From: Nitrospinales bacterium
GTDB lineage: Bacteria > Nitrospinota > Nitrospinia > Nitrospinales > VA-1
NCBI GenBank assembly: GCA_965223795.1
Contig: CBDCXL010000001.1
Span: forward strand, 320,001 to 384,000
Direction: 5' to 3'
Length of the DNA stretch: 64,000 nt
Numbering within the stretch: position 1 is the stretch's first letter; each line of letters opens with the position of its first letter. Below the pieces are notes generated by a model. That model ran no database searches. It had not been told where the DNA came from and was given only the letters and a program-made list of their open reading frames with translations. This document shows, piece by piece, positions 30,782 through 41,414 of the stretch. A program made the position numbers and the translations under genes.

Positions 30782-32074
30782 ATGCAGGAAAAATCATTTG
30801 GTAAAAAATTCGGAATGATCTTTGCCGGCTCTGTCGGGATGAGCGTGCTCATCTGGTTCGGCCTCGGGGCCGCGGGCGTGGATACGATCGTGCTGCAGCG
30901 CCTGGTCGGCATCGTGCTCGTGATCGCGATCTACGCGGCGCTGCTTGCGCTGCCGAAGGGCAGTGCCAAGGAAAAGGGGTTGTTCCAGAACCTCAAGTAC
31001 AAGATTCCCATTATTCTGGTGATCAGCGTCATCATCTGGTTTGCGGCCGGGAAGATGGGCTTTCCCATCTGGTGGCAGATCGAGTTTGTCGCTTTTGCTC
31101 TGGTTGGGCTGTTTTATTTCGTTTTGCTCGACTGGCGAACGCTGAAGCCGGAAAAGAGCCAGTGGCATTCCACGTTCCGCCTGATCATGACTTACGCGTT
31201 CGCATCGGTGTTGTTCATCGTCATCACGGCGCAGCTGCCGCAGTTCGACCCGCAGGTCGAGATCGACAAGCTGGACCGGCCGCCGAGGAAACTGGAAGAC
31301 GTGGCGGGTCCGGAACTGATCGCGGCGGGACGCGAGATTTTCGAGGAGAACAAATGCTTCAACTGCCACAAGGTGTTCTGGGAAGGCAACTCCGACCGCG
31401 GCCCCAACCTGGGCACGAAACAGGTCGGTCTTTATCCTTCAGACTACCTGATCGAACAGATCGTCGAACCGAGAAAAATCCAGTCGCCCGGTTTCGATGA
31501 CCCCAAATCGAAAAAAGCGATGCCGACCTATTACGGCGATGACATCGACGAGGGTTCGATGAAGGCGCTGGTGGCCTATCTGAGGACCATGCGCGATCCG
31601 ACCAACGTCCCGGTGGAAGGCAAGCTGGGCAGCCAGTGGACCTGGTGGGACGATCCCAAGATCATCGAGGAAGGCAAGATTGTGTTCGAAGGCCTGGAGC
31701 CCGCCACGGAGGGACTCAACTGCGCGGTCTGCCACGGCAAGGACGGCATCCCCATGATGACCGGGGCGCTGGACTTCCGCAACGAGAACAATCCCGACAC
31801 CGACAAGATGCCGGATCACATCGACAAGGTGATGAAGGACTGGCCGGACGAGTTGTGGTACAAGCGGGTGACCCGCGGTGTGGACGGCACTCCCATGGCG
31901 CCCTGGGGCGCGATGTTCCCGCATCTGTACCTCTGGAAAGCGGAAGTGTATGCGCGGACGTTCCACGATCCGCTCGAAAAACGCACGGAAAAACGGCCCA
32001 TCCCGCCGGTGCCCACCAAGGAGGATATGGAAAGGTGGAAGACCGAAGGGCTGTTCATGGACCCGCTGCTTTGA
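30782..32074 (+). CDS. Membrane-anchored diheme cytochrome c
   Basis: About 5 N-terminal TM helices. CFNCH and CAVCH motifs, each followed later by a Met (AMP, PMAPW) as likely distal ligand. Confidence 0.9.
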   Translation: MQEKSFGKKFGMIFAGSVGMSVLIWFGLGAAGVDTIVLQRLVGIVLVIAIYAALLALPKGSAKEKGLFQNLKYKIPIILVISVIIWFAAGKMGFPIWWQIEFVAFALVGLFYFVLLDWRTLKPEKSQWHSTFRLIMTYAFASVLFIVITAQLPQFDPQVEIDKLDRPPRKLEDVAGPELIAAGREIFEENKCFNCHKVFWEGNSDRGPNLGTKQVGLYPSDYLIEQIVEPRKIQSPGFDDPKSKKAMPTYYGDDIDEGSMKALVAYLRTMRDPTNVPVEGKLGSQWTWWDDPKIIEEGKIVFEGLEPATEGLNCAVCHGKDGIPMMTGALDFRNENNPDTDKMPDHIDKVMKDWPDELWYKRVTRGVDGTPMAPWGAMFPHLYLWKAEVYARTFHDPLEKRTEKRPIPPVPTKEDMERWKTEGLFMDPLL

Positions 32075-32091
32075 CGCAAGTTATTCAATCG

Positions 32092-32122
32092 ACCGGCTCC
32101 TTCGGGAGCCGGTTTTTTTTTT
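32092..32122 (+). terminator. Rho-independent terminator
   Basis: accggctcc-ttcg-ggagccggt followed by a long T run. Confidence 0.92.
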
Positions 32123-32188
32123 TGCCGCACCGCACAGGCGGACGGTCTGGTACAATGAATGTTCAATCAATGGGTTTTGGAGAGCGTT

Positions 32189-32668
32189 ATGGGCAAAATA
32201 GACGATTTGATTCGCGAAAACCTTTCCGAGGACGGCTCCGTGCTGACGCTGCGGGAAAAATACCTCGGCGTTCGTGGCGTGATGCGGCTTGCGGAGAATC
32301 CGGCCCTGGCCAATATCAAAAAGCTGGTTCTTCCCGGCAATCAGGCCAGCGATGAGGGGGCGGAAGCACTGGCCCAGTCGCCGTACCTGGCCAACCTGGA
32401 ACATCTGAACCTCAACCACAACGAGGTCGGGGACGAAGGGGCCATCGCCCTGGCCAATACGGACAAGCTGCCGAAGCTGAACGACCTCACCATGTTCGGC
32501 AACGCCATCGGCGACGAGGGTGCTAAGGCGTTCGCCGAATCGGCGCACAGCAAGAAATACATCAAGCTGGATCTGTACAAGAACCAGTTTTCCGATGTGG
32601 GCTACAAGGCGCTGACGGAATCGGAAAACCTGAAGAACTGCGAGGAACTGGAAATCTACCGGGATTGA
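32189..32668 (+). CDS. Leucine-rich repeat protein (RNI-like, about 28-aa repeats)
   Basis: Repeated L..L.L..N.(V/I)GDEGA.ALA. Confidence 0.85.
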   Translation: MGKIDDLIRENLSEDGSVLTLREKYLGVRGVMRLAENPALANIKKLVLPGNQASDEGAEALAQSPYLANLEHLNLNHNEVGDEGAIALANTDKLPKLNDLTMFGNAIGDEGAKAFAESAHSKKYIKLDLYKNQFSDVGYKALTESENLKNCEELEIYRD

Positions 32669-32711
32669 AGCGGCTCCGGTGCAAAGCCTTCTTTAGCTTT
32701 GGGCTCGGTGC

Positions 32712-32999
32712 TCAATTGCCGGAGGCCCACTCGCCGGGCGTGACCGTCTTGATCTGCAGGGCGTGGATCAGTTTGGGCGTGCCGTTGATGTGGCTGTCGA
32801 GCGCGGTGTACACCATGCGCCGCCGGTCGAGCGGGTTGACGTTCTCGAATTTGGGCGAGACGACGATCACCGAGTAGTGCCCTCCCCCGCCGGCCGCTTT
32901 GTGACCGCGGTGCAGATGGCTTTCGTCGATGATGTCCACATGCTGCGCGTCGAGTTCGCGCTTGAGCTGCTGTTCGATCAGTTCGGGTGTGTTGTCCAT
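32712..32999 (-). CDS. bolA: BolA family protein
   Basis: DESHLH.GH, HY.V.VVS..F, R.RMVY.AL and IHAL.I motifs. Confidence 0.92.
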   Translation of the reverse strand: MDNTPELIEQQLKRELDAQHVDIIDESHLHRGHKAAGGGGHYSVIVVSPKFENVNPLDRRRMVYTALDSHINGTPKLIHALQIKTVTPGEWASGN

Positions 33000-33023
33000 A
33001 TTGTTCTGAATACTTTGAGTGAC

Positions 33024-33239
33024 TTATTTGTCCTCGCCCGGATGCGTGCCGAGGTCGGGCAGGTTCATGAAATCCTTCAACGATTGATCGTATTTTGCCT
33101 GGGCTTCGTGCTCCTCGATCGTGAGCAGCGGCGCCCGGCATTTGGCGCACACGGGAAGCCGTCCGGCGTCGTATTTTTTGACCCGGTTTTTGACCCTGCA
33201 ACTGGGGCAGGGTACAATGAGAAACGGAACTTCAGCCAT
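33024..33239 (-). CDS. Small zinc-ribbon protein (TrxC N-terminal-like)
   Basis: IV.CP.C..KNRV.......P.C.KC..PL. Confidence 0.7.
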   Translation of the reverse strand: MAEVPFLIVPCPSCRVKNRVKKYDAGRLPVCAKCRAPLLTIEEHEAQAKYDQSLKDFMNLPDLGTHPGEDK

Positions 33240-33323
33240 GCCCCATGATAACAGACGCCTGTGTAAAAGAAAACAGCGGCGGCGCGCGATACCCTGCCCG
33301 CTGCCGTCAGGGGAGCCGAACGG

Positions 33324-33710
33324 TCACGCGTTGGCCCCGAAAAACAGCAGGCAGCCGTCGGGATCTTTCACATGAAATTCCCGCATGCCGTATGGCTGGT
33401 CGAACGGAGGGCGGACGCGGCCCGGCGGCAGCGCATCGAGCCTGGGCTTGTAATGCTCGTACAGAGCGTCGATCGACTGCACCCATAAATAGATCGAAAT
33501 GTGGTTGGCGGTGGCGCGCAACGCTTCCGCATCGCCGGTCTGGATGAAATGCACCGCGGCATCGCCGTGAACGACGATGGCGAAGGTTTTGTCCTCCGAA
33601 ACCATGCGGCGTTCAAAGCCCAGCACATCGGCGTAGAAATCGACCGTTGCCACAATGTTGCGCACGGGAACGATGGCGACCGCGTCTTCAATGACAGGTG
33701 GTTTTGTCAT
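33324..33710 (-). CDS. VOC/glyoxalase/bleomycin-resistance family protein
   Basis: V.NI..T.DFY..VLGF and PYGMREF.VKDPDG motifs. Confidence 0.9.
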   Translation of the reverse strand: MTKPPVIEDAVAIVPVRNIVATVDFYADVLGFERRMVSEDKTFAIVVHGDAAVHFIQTGDAEALRATANHISIYLWVQSIDALYEHYKPRLDALPPGRVRPPFDQPYGMREFHVKDPDGCLLFFGANA

Positions 33711-33768
33711 GGTGATTCCCTTGTGTCCGTTGTTGGCGCTTAGCTTTTAAAAAATTCGAGGTCTTTGC

Positions 33769-34056
33769 ATGCGATTCGATTATTCCACCGATCCGCGTTT
33801 CAAGATGCCCAAGATGCCGGTGAAAAACAAGATCCTGCTGTTTCTGGGGCTCGCGGCCGGGCTCTGCCTGCTGTTCGTGTTCGCGTTCACCTTCTTCATC
33901 GTCGCCCTGGTTGCGGGAACGATTCTGTATATCGTGAGCTGGCTGCAGAGGCCGGGAAAACGGCCGCCGCTCAACTCCGACGCGCCGTTTCCGAATTCGC
34001 GGGCCCGGCGCTACCAGCCTCCGCGCGGCCGGGACGACGACGTGATCGACGTCTGA
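33769..34056 (+). CDS. Hypothetical membrane protein
   Basis: Long hydrophobic segment, C-terminal DDDVIDV, GAGG RBS. Confidence 0.65.
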   Translation: MRFDYSTDPRFKMPKMPVKNKILLFLGLAAGLCLLFVFAFTFFIVALVAGTILYIVSWLQRPGKRPPLNSDAPFPNSRARRYQPPRGRDDDVIDV

Positions 34057-34088
34057 ACGGGGCTTCTCTTTTCTGAAACGCCACTGCT

Positions 34089-35477
<1,389 letters not shown>

Positions 35478-35544
35478 GAATCATGCCCATTGAATGCAGG
35501 GTGAAAGAAGGAAAGGGTTCAAAATTCCGGCTGCATGCGAAACG

Positions 35545-36108
35545 TCAGCGGTGGCGTTTGCGGCTGAGCTGCTCCCATTGACGCGGCGGCGATTTTTCCC
35601 GCGACTTGCTGAGCAGGTGGTTGAAAATCCGTTTCGCATCTTCTTTGGTGGTGTGGGTTCCCTGAAGGCGGGACACCAGGCTCTGTTCCAGTTCCAGAAA
35701 ATCCTGCAACTGGCGGCCGACTTTTTTCACGATCTGCAAATTGCTCAAGTCCGAAGAGCGCTCCGCCGCCGGGTGTTTTTTTTTGCCGAACAACGGCGAC
35801 GTTCCGCTTGCCGTGGCGCCGCCGCCCGCATCGGCGCTGAATTCGGGCTTGCGGCCCAACAGGCCCGAAAGGGCGAATCCTTTTTCGGTGCGGCTCAGTG
35901 CGTCCAGGTGGTTTGCAAGATCCTGCTTCAAGGACGCATCGGTGGCGGTTTTCAGCCCGCCTGTGAGCGACCAGTCTCCGCCCGCGGTTTCGAAGCACCC
36001 CAGGTCCGCAAGGTGATGCAGATACGCACGCACGTCCGCGTCCTTGAGTTCGGCGGGCGCGAAGTGCTCGTGAAACCAGTCCTGCCATTGTGCGTACGAT
36101 TTTTTCAT
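35545..36108 (-). CDS. Hypothetical protein
   Basis: Co-oriented ORF filling the gap between MOSC and lpdA. No recognised motif. Confidence 0.55.
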   Translation of the reverse strand: MKKSYAQWQDWFHEHFAPAELKDADVRAYLHHLADLGCFETAGGDWSLTGGLKTATDASLKQDLANHLDALSRTEKGFALSGLLGRKPEFSADAGGGATASGTSPLFGKKKHPAAERSSDLSNLQIVKKVGRQLQDFLELEQSLVSRLQGTHTTKEDAKRIFNHLLSKSREKSPPRQWEQLSRKRHR

Positions 36109-36155
36109 AGGAAACACCGGATGCGGAATGACTTGTCGATGTGCGGCGGCAGGCT

Positions 36156-36812
36156 TCAGGAAACTTTTTCAAGACGCTTCGAGAAGGTTCCCCGCCAGCT
36201 TTCGGACAAAGGCTCGATGGCGAGGATGCGCCGCAGCTGTTCCGCGTCGGACTTGTTTTTGTACATCAATTTATTGGCGGCATCCACCGAAAACGATCCC
36301 GGCCCGGATTCGATGAGATGCACCGCCGCGCCGGGTTCGATCCAGCCCGGCTCCAGCACGCGCAGGTAATAGCCGCTGAAGCCGGTGGACTGCACCTGCT
36401 GAATGAGGTCCGGCCTGTCCCAGAAACGGCTGAGTGTCCGGCAGGGCTGGCGCGGCTGGGTGCACTGCACGCGCACTTCACCGATGCGGAACACGTCGCC
36501 GATGTGCACCTGCGTTTCGGGCAGTCCGGTGACGCTCAGGTTCTCGCCGAACGCGCCGTAAGCGAGCGGCTTGCCGTACAGCGATTGCCAGTGCGGGTAA
36601 TGGTCGATGCAGTAAACGCACACCGCCTTGTCGGCGCCGCCGTGCACCCGCTTGTTGGCCACGCCGTCGCCCTTGAATCCGGTCACGTCCAGATAGATTT
36701 TTTCCTCAACCGGCTGCTTGTGGATGGCGGTGACCGCCTGGCTGCGGTTGCCTTCCACGGCGATGCGCGCGGGAAGGCCGATGTTGATGGAAGCGAGAGC
36801 GGGTTGTGTCAT
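36156..36812 (-). CDS. MOSC-domain protein (YiiM-like)
   Basis: HGG.DKAV..Y, FGENL, QPRQPC and GYYLRVLEPG motifs. Confidence 0.9.
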   Translation of the reverse strand: MTQPALASINIGLPARIAVEGNRSQAVTAIHKQPVEEKIYLDVTGFKGDGVANKRVHGGADKAVCVYCIDHYPHWQSLYGKPLAYGAFGENLSVTGLPETQVHIGDVFRIGEVRVQCTQPRQPCRTLSRFWDRPDLIQQVQSTGFSGYYLRVLEPGWIEPGAAVHLIESGPGSFSVDAANKLMYKNKSDAEQLRRILAIEPLSESWRGTFSKRLEKVS

Positions 36813-37897
36813 GGGATCGAGGATGGCTCTGTTTTCTGCAGCAGTTCGGGGACGGGGTCGCCCGACACTTCCAGGAATCCGTAAGAGCCCCGGTCCAGGC
36901 GGGACAGGGCGTGATCGACCAGCACGTAGCTGCCGGCGTTGTCCAGTTTCAGCTCGGTGACCGCCGCGCCTCCGGCGGGGATCGCCGTGGTCTGCACCGA
37001 ACGGTGGGCGTGGCTCACGTCGCCTTCCGGAAACACTGTATCAAATATCTCGCCGATGATGTGAAAATTAGAGGTCTTGGCAACGCCGCCGTTGCCGATG
37101 AAGATGCGGATGGTTTCACCGCGGTCGGCTTTCAGAGCTTTGCCTGCGCTGAGCGCCCGCACGCGCCCGTTCCACACGATGTATTCGGGCCGTTCATCCA
37201 TCATCTTTTCGGGAGAAAATTCCTGAAAGCCCTTCTCGCCCACCTTCCCCTGTGTGTAGAACTCGCCCTGCATCACGTAAAACTCCCGGTCCACCGGGGT
37301 CCATCCTGCCTCGGGGTCCACGACGATCAGTCCGTACAACCCGTTGGTGATGTGCGAGGGCACGTTGGCGCTGGCGCAGTGGTAAACGAACACGCCCGCG
37401 TGCGTGGCGGTGAAGCGGATGGTCACTTCCTTTCCGGGCGCCACCTGGGTGAGTGCACCGCCGCCGCCGGGCCCGGTCACCGCGTGCAGGTCGATGGAAT
37501 GATCGTGCGTGCTCGACGGGTGATTGACGAGGGTCAGTTCGACACGGTCTCCCTGGCGCACCCGCAGCATCGGTCCGGGAACGGTCTGCTCGAAGGTCCA
37601 GAACACGAACTCGACGCCGTCCGCCAATCGGGAGACCACCTCCCGCACTTCCAGGCGGAAGCTGCGCGTGGACGGCTTGGTCGCGCTCAGGGATTTGGGC
37701 ACCGACGCGGGATCGCGGGCGATGTCCTGCACATGCAGCAGCTTGCTGAGGTCGGTCGCATGATGGTGCGGCGGCCGCGCCGGTCCCACACCGGGGATGG
37801 CATGGGAGTGTTCGCCGTGCTTGCCGCTGTCCGCCATGCCTTGCGGCGGCGCGAGCAACAGCGCGGATACAAAAGCAATCGTGAAATATTTATTCAA
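36809..37897 (-). CDS. nirK: Copper-containing nitrite reductase (AniA/NirK-like)
   Basis: HSIDLHAVTG, YHCA....HI.NG, SNFHIIGEIFD and Y.LVDH motifs. Signal peptide. TTG start inferred. Confidence 0.9.
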   Translation of the reverse strand: MNKYFTIAFVSALLLAPPQGMADSGKHGEHSHAIPGVGPARPPHHHATDLSKLLHVQDIARDPASVPKSLSATKPSTRSFRLEVREVVSRLADGVEFVFWTFEQTVPGPMLRVRQGDRVELTLVNHPSSTHDHSIDLHAVTGPGGGGALTQVAPGKEVTIRFTATHAGVFVYHCASANVPSHITNGLYGLIVVDPEAGWTPVDREFYVMQGEFYTQGKVGEKGFQEFSPEKMMDERPEYIVWNGRVRALSAGKALKADRGETIRIFIGNGGVAKTSNFHIIGEIFDTVFPEGDVSHAHRSVQTTAIPAGGAAVTELKLDNAGSYVLVDHALSRLDRGSYGFLEVSGDPVPELLQKTEPSSIP

Positions 37898-38023
37898 TGA
37901 GTCCGTCCATCGTTTAAGGTGCGCCCCCGCTTGCCGGTGATCCACCTGAATCGTTATTCATGCCTGCAGAAACTTTTATTATAGAGGATGGAAACGATGG
38001 AAAGCGTTAAAAATGAAGTGTGG

Positions 38024-39976
38024 TCAACGCAGCGGCGGGAGTTTGGAAGAGCGATAAAACTGGAAACAGTTCTTGCCCTTTCTCTTCGCCAGGTACAGCG
38101 CTTCGTCGGCGTTTTTCATCAGGGTTTTGCTGGATTCGCCGTCGCGCGGATACAGGGCGACGCCGATGCTGAAGGAGATGCGGATATCCTCGTCGTTGAT
38201 GCGGAACGGGGCGCGAACCACGTCCAGCAGTTTGTTCGCCAGGTTGCCGGCGTCCTCCGGCGAGTTGATCTCCGGCAGCAGCAGGATGAATTCGTCGCCG
38301 CCCAGCCGGGCCACGGTGTCCTGGTTGCGCAGGCATTTTTTCAGGCGGTCGCCCACGCCTTTGAGCAGCTGGTCGCCCACGGCGTGGCCGAGGGTGTCGT
38401 TGATCTCCTTGAAGTGGTCGAAATCGAGAAACAGGATGGCGAGCATGCTCTGGCCGCGCTGCGCCTGGGCGAGGGCCATTTCCAGCCGGTCGCTGAGCAG
38501 GACGCGGTTGGGCAGTCCGGTGAGCGCGTCGTGGTACGCCATGTTGCGGATCATGCCTTCGGTGTGCTTGCGCTCCAGTTCCGCACCGGCGCGCGAGGCG
38601 AACACTTTCAGGATCGACATGGTGCGCTGCTTGTTGGACATGGGTTTGTCGTCGAACACGGAAAGGTGTCCGATGATCTTGCAGTGCGAATCGAAGCAGG
38701 GCACGGCGGCGTAGCTGCGGGAATGTTTCGACGCGAGCCGGTCTTTGCCGCTGAACAGTTCGCGGGCGCCGTCGGGATGGTAGGCGAGCATGCCCGCGAG
38801 CACTTCCTCGTAAGGCGTGTCCTTGACGTTGAAATTCTGATCGCTCAAAAATTTCCCGTCCTCCCAGCCTGCCAGGATGGAGCATTCGGTGGATTTGTAG
38901 CCGATCAGCTCGGAGACATACGCGTTCTTCACCGGCAGGGCCGAAGCCAGGTGGCGCACCAGCGAGCGGAAAAAATCGTCGCCGACGCGGGCGGACGTCC
39001 CCTCGACGATGGCGTGAAAGGCGGCCTGATCGTTGTGGCGGCGGATTTCGCTGCCGATGCTGGCGGCGACGGCCATGAGCATGGACTGTTCGTTTTTGGA
39101 CCAGGTCTTTTTGTGGCCGCGGTTGCCGAAGGCGACGAAACCCCAGTATTTGTCGTCGATGACGATGGGCACCAGGGTGATGAGGCTCAGGTCCTGCTTT
39201 TGCAGAAGACGCTGAATGTCAGTGGAAAACTCATGCGCCGGCAGGCAGACGAAGCGGCCCAGCCGCAGTTCGAAATAACAGGGCTCCAGCCCGAGATCGC
39301 TGTAGGTTTTTTCGGGAAACAGTTCATTGGGAGCGGGTTCTTCATCATCTTTTTTGTTCCAGGAGAAACAGCGCGTGAACCCCCGGTTTCCGTCCGCCTG
39401 ATCGACGTGCTGGTAGACATACGCGCATTCCGCATCGGTGGCCCGCCCCAGGATGGCCAGGGCTTCCTGAATCGCGCCGGCGTGATCGCGGCGGGTGAGC
39501 AGGCAGGTGGTCGCCTCGGACACGGCCTGCAGCAGACGGTCCTGGGTGTACAGCGTCTTTTCGGTTTTCAGCAGACGGTCTTTTTCCCGCTCCAGCAGGA
39601 TGGCGTGCTGGAGCGCTTGCGCCAGGGTCTCGGCGGTGAGGCTGGATTTGGCCAGATAATCGGTGGCCCCGGCTTTCATGGCCTCGACGGCGGTTTCCTG
39701 GTCGCCCATGCCGGTCAGGAAGACAATGGGCATGCGATGGCCCTGGGATCGGACTTTACGCAAAAGCTCGATGCCGTTGTGGACTCCGAGGCGGAAATCG
39801 AACAGGCAGGCGTCGTACGCGTTCGCCTGAATCATCTCGAACGCCTGGGAAAGCGAAGCCGCCCAGTCCATGCGGGGAACGGCATCGCCGAACCCTTCCC
39901 GGAGAAATTCCCGGATCAGGACCACATCGTCTTCGTCGTCTTCCGCGATCAGCAGTTTGAGTTTCGGATTTCCCAT
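38024..39976 (-). CDS. Diguanylate cyclase (REC-GAF-GAF-GGDEF)
   Basis: N-terminal receiver domain (AEDD, D.RL, G.ELL, DYL.K), HDALTGLPNR, RxxD I-site and RLGGDEF. Confidence 0.92.
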   Translation of the reverse strand: MGNPKLKLLIAEDDEDDVVLIREFLREGFGDAVPRMDWAASLSQAFEMIQANAYDACLFDFRLGVHNGIELLRKVRSQGHRMPIVFLTGMGDQETAVEAMKAGATDYLAKSSLTAETLAQALQHAILLEREKDRLLKTEKTLYTQDRLLQAVSEATTCLLTRRDHAGAIQEALAILGRATDAECAYVYQHVDQADGNRGFTRCFSWNKKDDEEPAPNELFPEKTYSDLGLEPCYFELRLGRFVCLPAHEFSTDIQRLLQKQDLSLITLVPIVIDDKYWGFVAFGNRGHKKTWSKNEQSMLMAVAASIGSEIRRHNDQAAFHAIVEGTSARVGDDFFRSLVRHLASALPVKNAYVSELIGYKSTECSILAGWEDGKFLSDQNFNVKDTPYEEVLAGMLAYHPDGARELFSGKDRLASKHSRSYAAVPCFDSHCKIIGHLSVFDDKPMSNKQRTMSILKVFASRAGAELERKHTEGMIRNMAYHDALTGLPNRVLLSDRLEMALAQAQRGQSMLAILFLDFDHFKEINDTLGHAVGDQLLKGVGDRLKKCLRNQDTVARLGGDEFILLLPEINSPEDAGNLANKLLDVVRAPFRINDEDIRISFSIGVALYPRDGESSKTLMKNADEALYLAKRKGKNCFQFYRSSKLPPLR

Positions 39977-40233
39977 AGGCTTAAGGCACTTCCCCGGAAT
40001 TCGCGATGGAGGGCCACACCTATCATGATAAGTTCAACCCTTTATAAATTCAAGGAATTCAAGCAATTCTGCAAAGCCGTCATGGGGCCTCGCGGGACGC
40101 GCACCCAGCCTGAATGCTAACAGGGGAATTTTCAGGCTTTTTCGACATTTCGCCTGAGCCAAAGAAACGGGTCCGGCGTGTATCTCCAATCACCCTTCGG
40201 CACGTTCAGGGTGACGGGCTTTGTTTTGCAAAG

Positions 40234-41205
40234 TCAGGGCATCCACAGGTACATGAAGTGGGGCGAGGTGGTTTCCAGGTTGAGCCCCAGGTCGATGTTG
40301 ATCATGTTGATGGTGGGGGATGCGGGCATGGAGGAATACAGGTTGGATTTGTATTCCCCGGGACGGTGATAGGTGACGACCTTCGGGTCGGCGAGCCCCA
40401 TCTCCACATTGATGGTGTCCAGGGTCTGATCCATGTAGCCGATCGAGTCGATGAGCTGCGCTTCCAAAGCCTTGTCCGCGGTGAACACGCGGCCGTCGGC
40501 CAGGGTCCGCACCGCTTTAAGATCCAGACCGGGCCGGTTTTCGGCGATGATTTCCAGAAAGCGCTCGTGGTAGCTGTTGATGGTCGATTGAAACAGCTTG
40601 CGTTCTTCAACGGTCAGGCGCCGCAGCGGCGAGAGGAAATCCTTTTTGTCGGCGGATTTCACCACTTCCCAGTCGACGCCCACCTTGTCGAGCAGCCCCT
40701 CCAGGTTCACTTTGAACGCGATCACGCCGATGCTGCCGGTGAGAGAGGTCGGGTGCCCGACGATTTTATCCCCGGCCATGGCGATGTAATAGCCTCCGGA
40801 GGCGGCCATGTCGAGGATGGAGACGTACACGCGGGTGTTGGTCCGCTCTTTGTACGCCTGGATTTCGTGGTAGATGATGTCGCTGGAGGTGACGGTGCCG
40901 CCGGGGCTGTTGACGCGCACCAGCAGCGCCTTGATGCGCTTGTCCTGTTCGGCTTTGGTCAGGATCTCGCGGACTTTCTCCACCATTCCCACCTGGATGG
41001 GATGCCCGGTGATGGCGCGTTTTTCCTGGTTGTTGATGAGGCCGTTGATGTCGAGGACGAGCACTTTTTCCGGTCCGTGACCGGAAATGACTTTTTCCTT
41101 GAGCGGGGCGATGGTGGGGCCCAGTTTGAACGCGGCGCAGCCGGAAGCGACGCACATCAAGGCAATCAGAATGGCTGACTTGACGATGAAGGCGGGTTTT
41201 GACAT
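40234..41205 (-). CDS. sppA: Signal peptide peptidase SppA (S49), lipoprotein
   Basis: VNSPGG, AASGGYY, TGSIGV and DGRVFT motifs. ASGC lipobox. Confidence 0.93.
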   Translation of the reverse strand: MSKPAFIVKSAILIALMCVASGCAAFKLGPTIAPLKEKVISGHGPEKVLVLDINGLINNQEKRAITGHPIQVGMVEKVREILTKAEQDKRIKALLVRVNSPGGTVTSSDIIYHEIQAYKERTNTRVYVSILDMAASGGYYIAMAGDKIVGHPTSLTGSIGVIAFKVNLEGLLDKVGVDWEVVKSADKKDFLSPLRRLTVEERKLFQSTINSYHERFLEIIAENRPGLDLKAVRTLADGRVFTADKALEAQLIDSIGYMDQTLDTINVEMGLADPKVVTYHRPGEYKSNLYSSMPASPTINMINIDLGLNLETTSPHFMYLWMP

Positions 41206-41414
41206 GTCTACGCGACTCCTTGAGCTGATGGGTGGAAGGAAAACAAAAATGTTAAGGGAACTTCAATCGATGCGGTCATTCACGGCAGGCTGCTCGCGGC
41301 CTCTTTAAAAGGCGCTGGCGGCCAAACGCGAATTCTTGAGGCGCCCCTAATATATCCTATTTCCAGCGGCGAGAAAATGCTTTGCTGTGTCCGTGCCGCT
41401 CAAGCGCGATGTTT

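Noticed and set aside
37900..38020. FNR/NnrR box upstream of nirK
   Set aside because: No TTGAT-N4-ATCAA-like palindrome was found.
37988..40120. Long antisense ORFs (here 710 aa, also 4205-5512, 19079-20830, 28727-30634, 54372-56375 and 57996-59636)
   Set aside because: They are shadows of real genes on the opposite strand, as expected from high GC3 codon bias.
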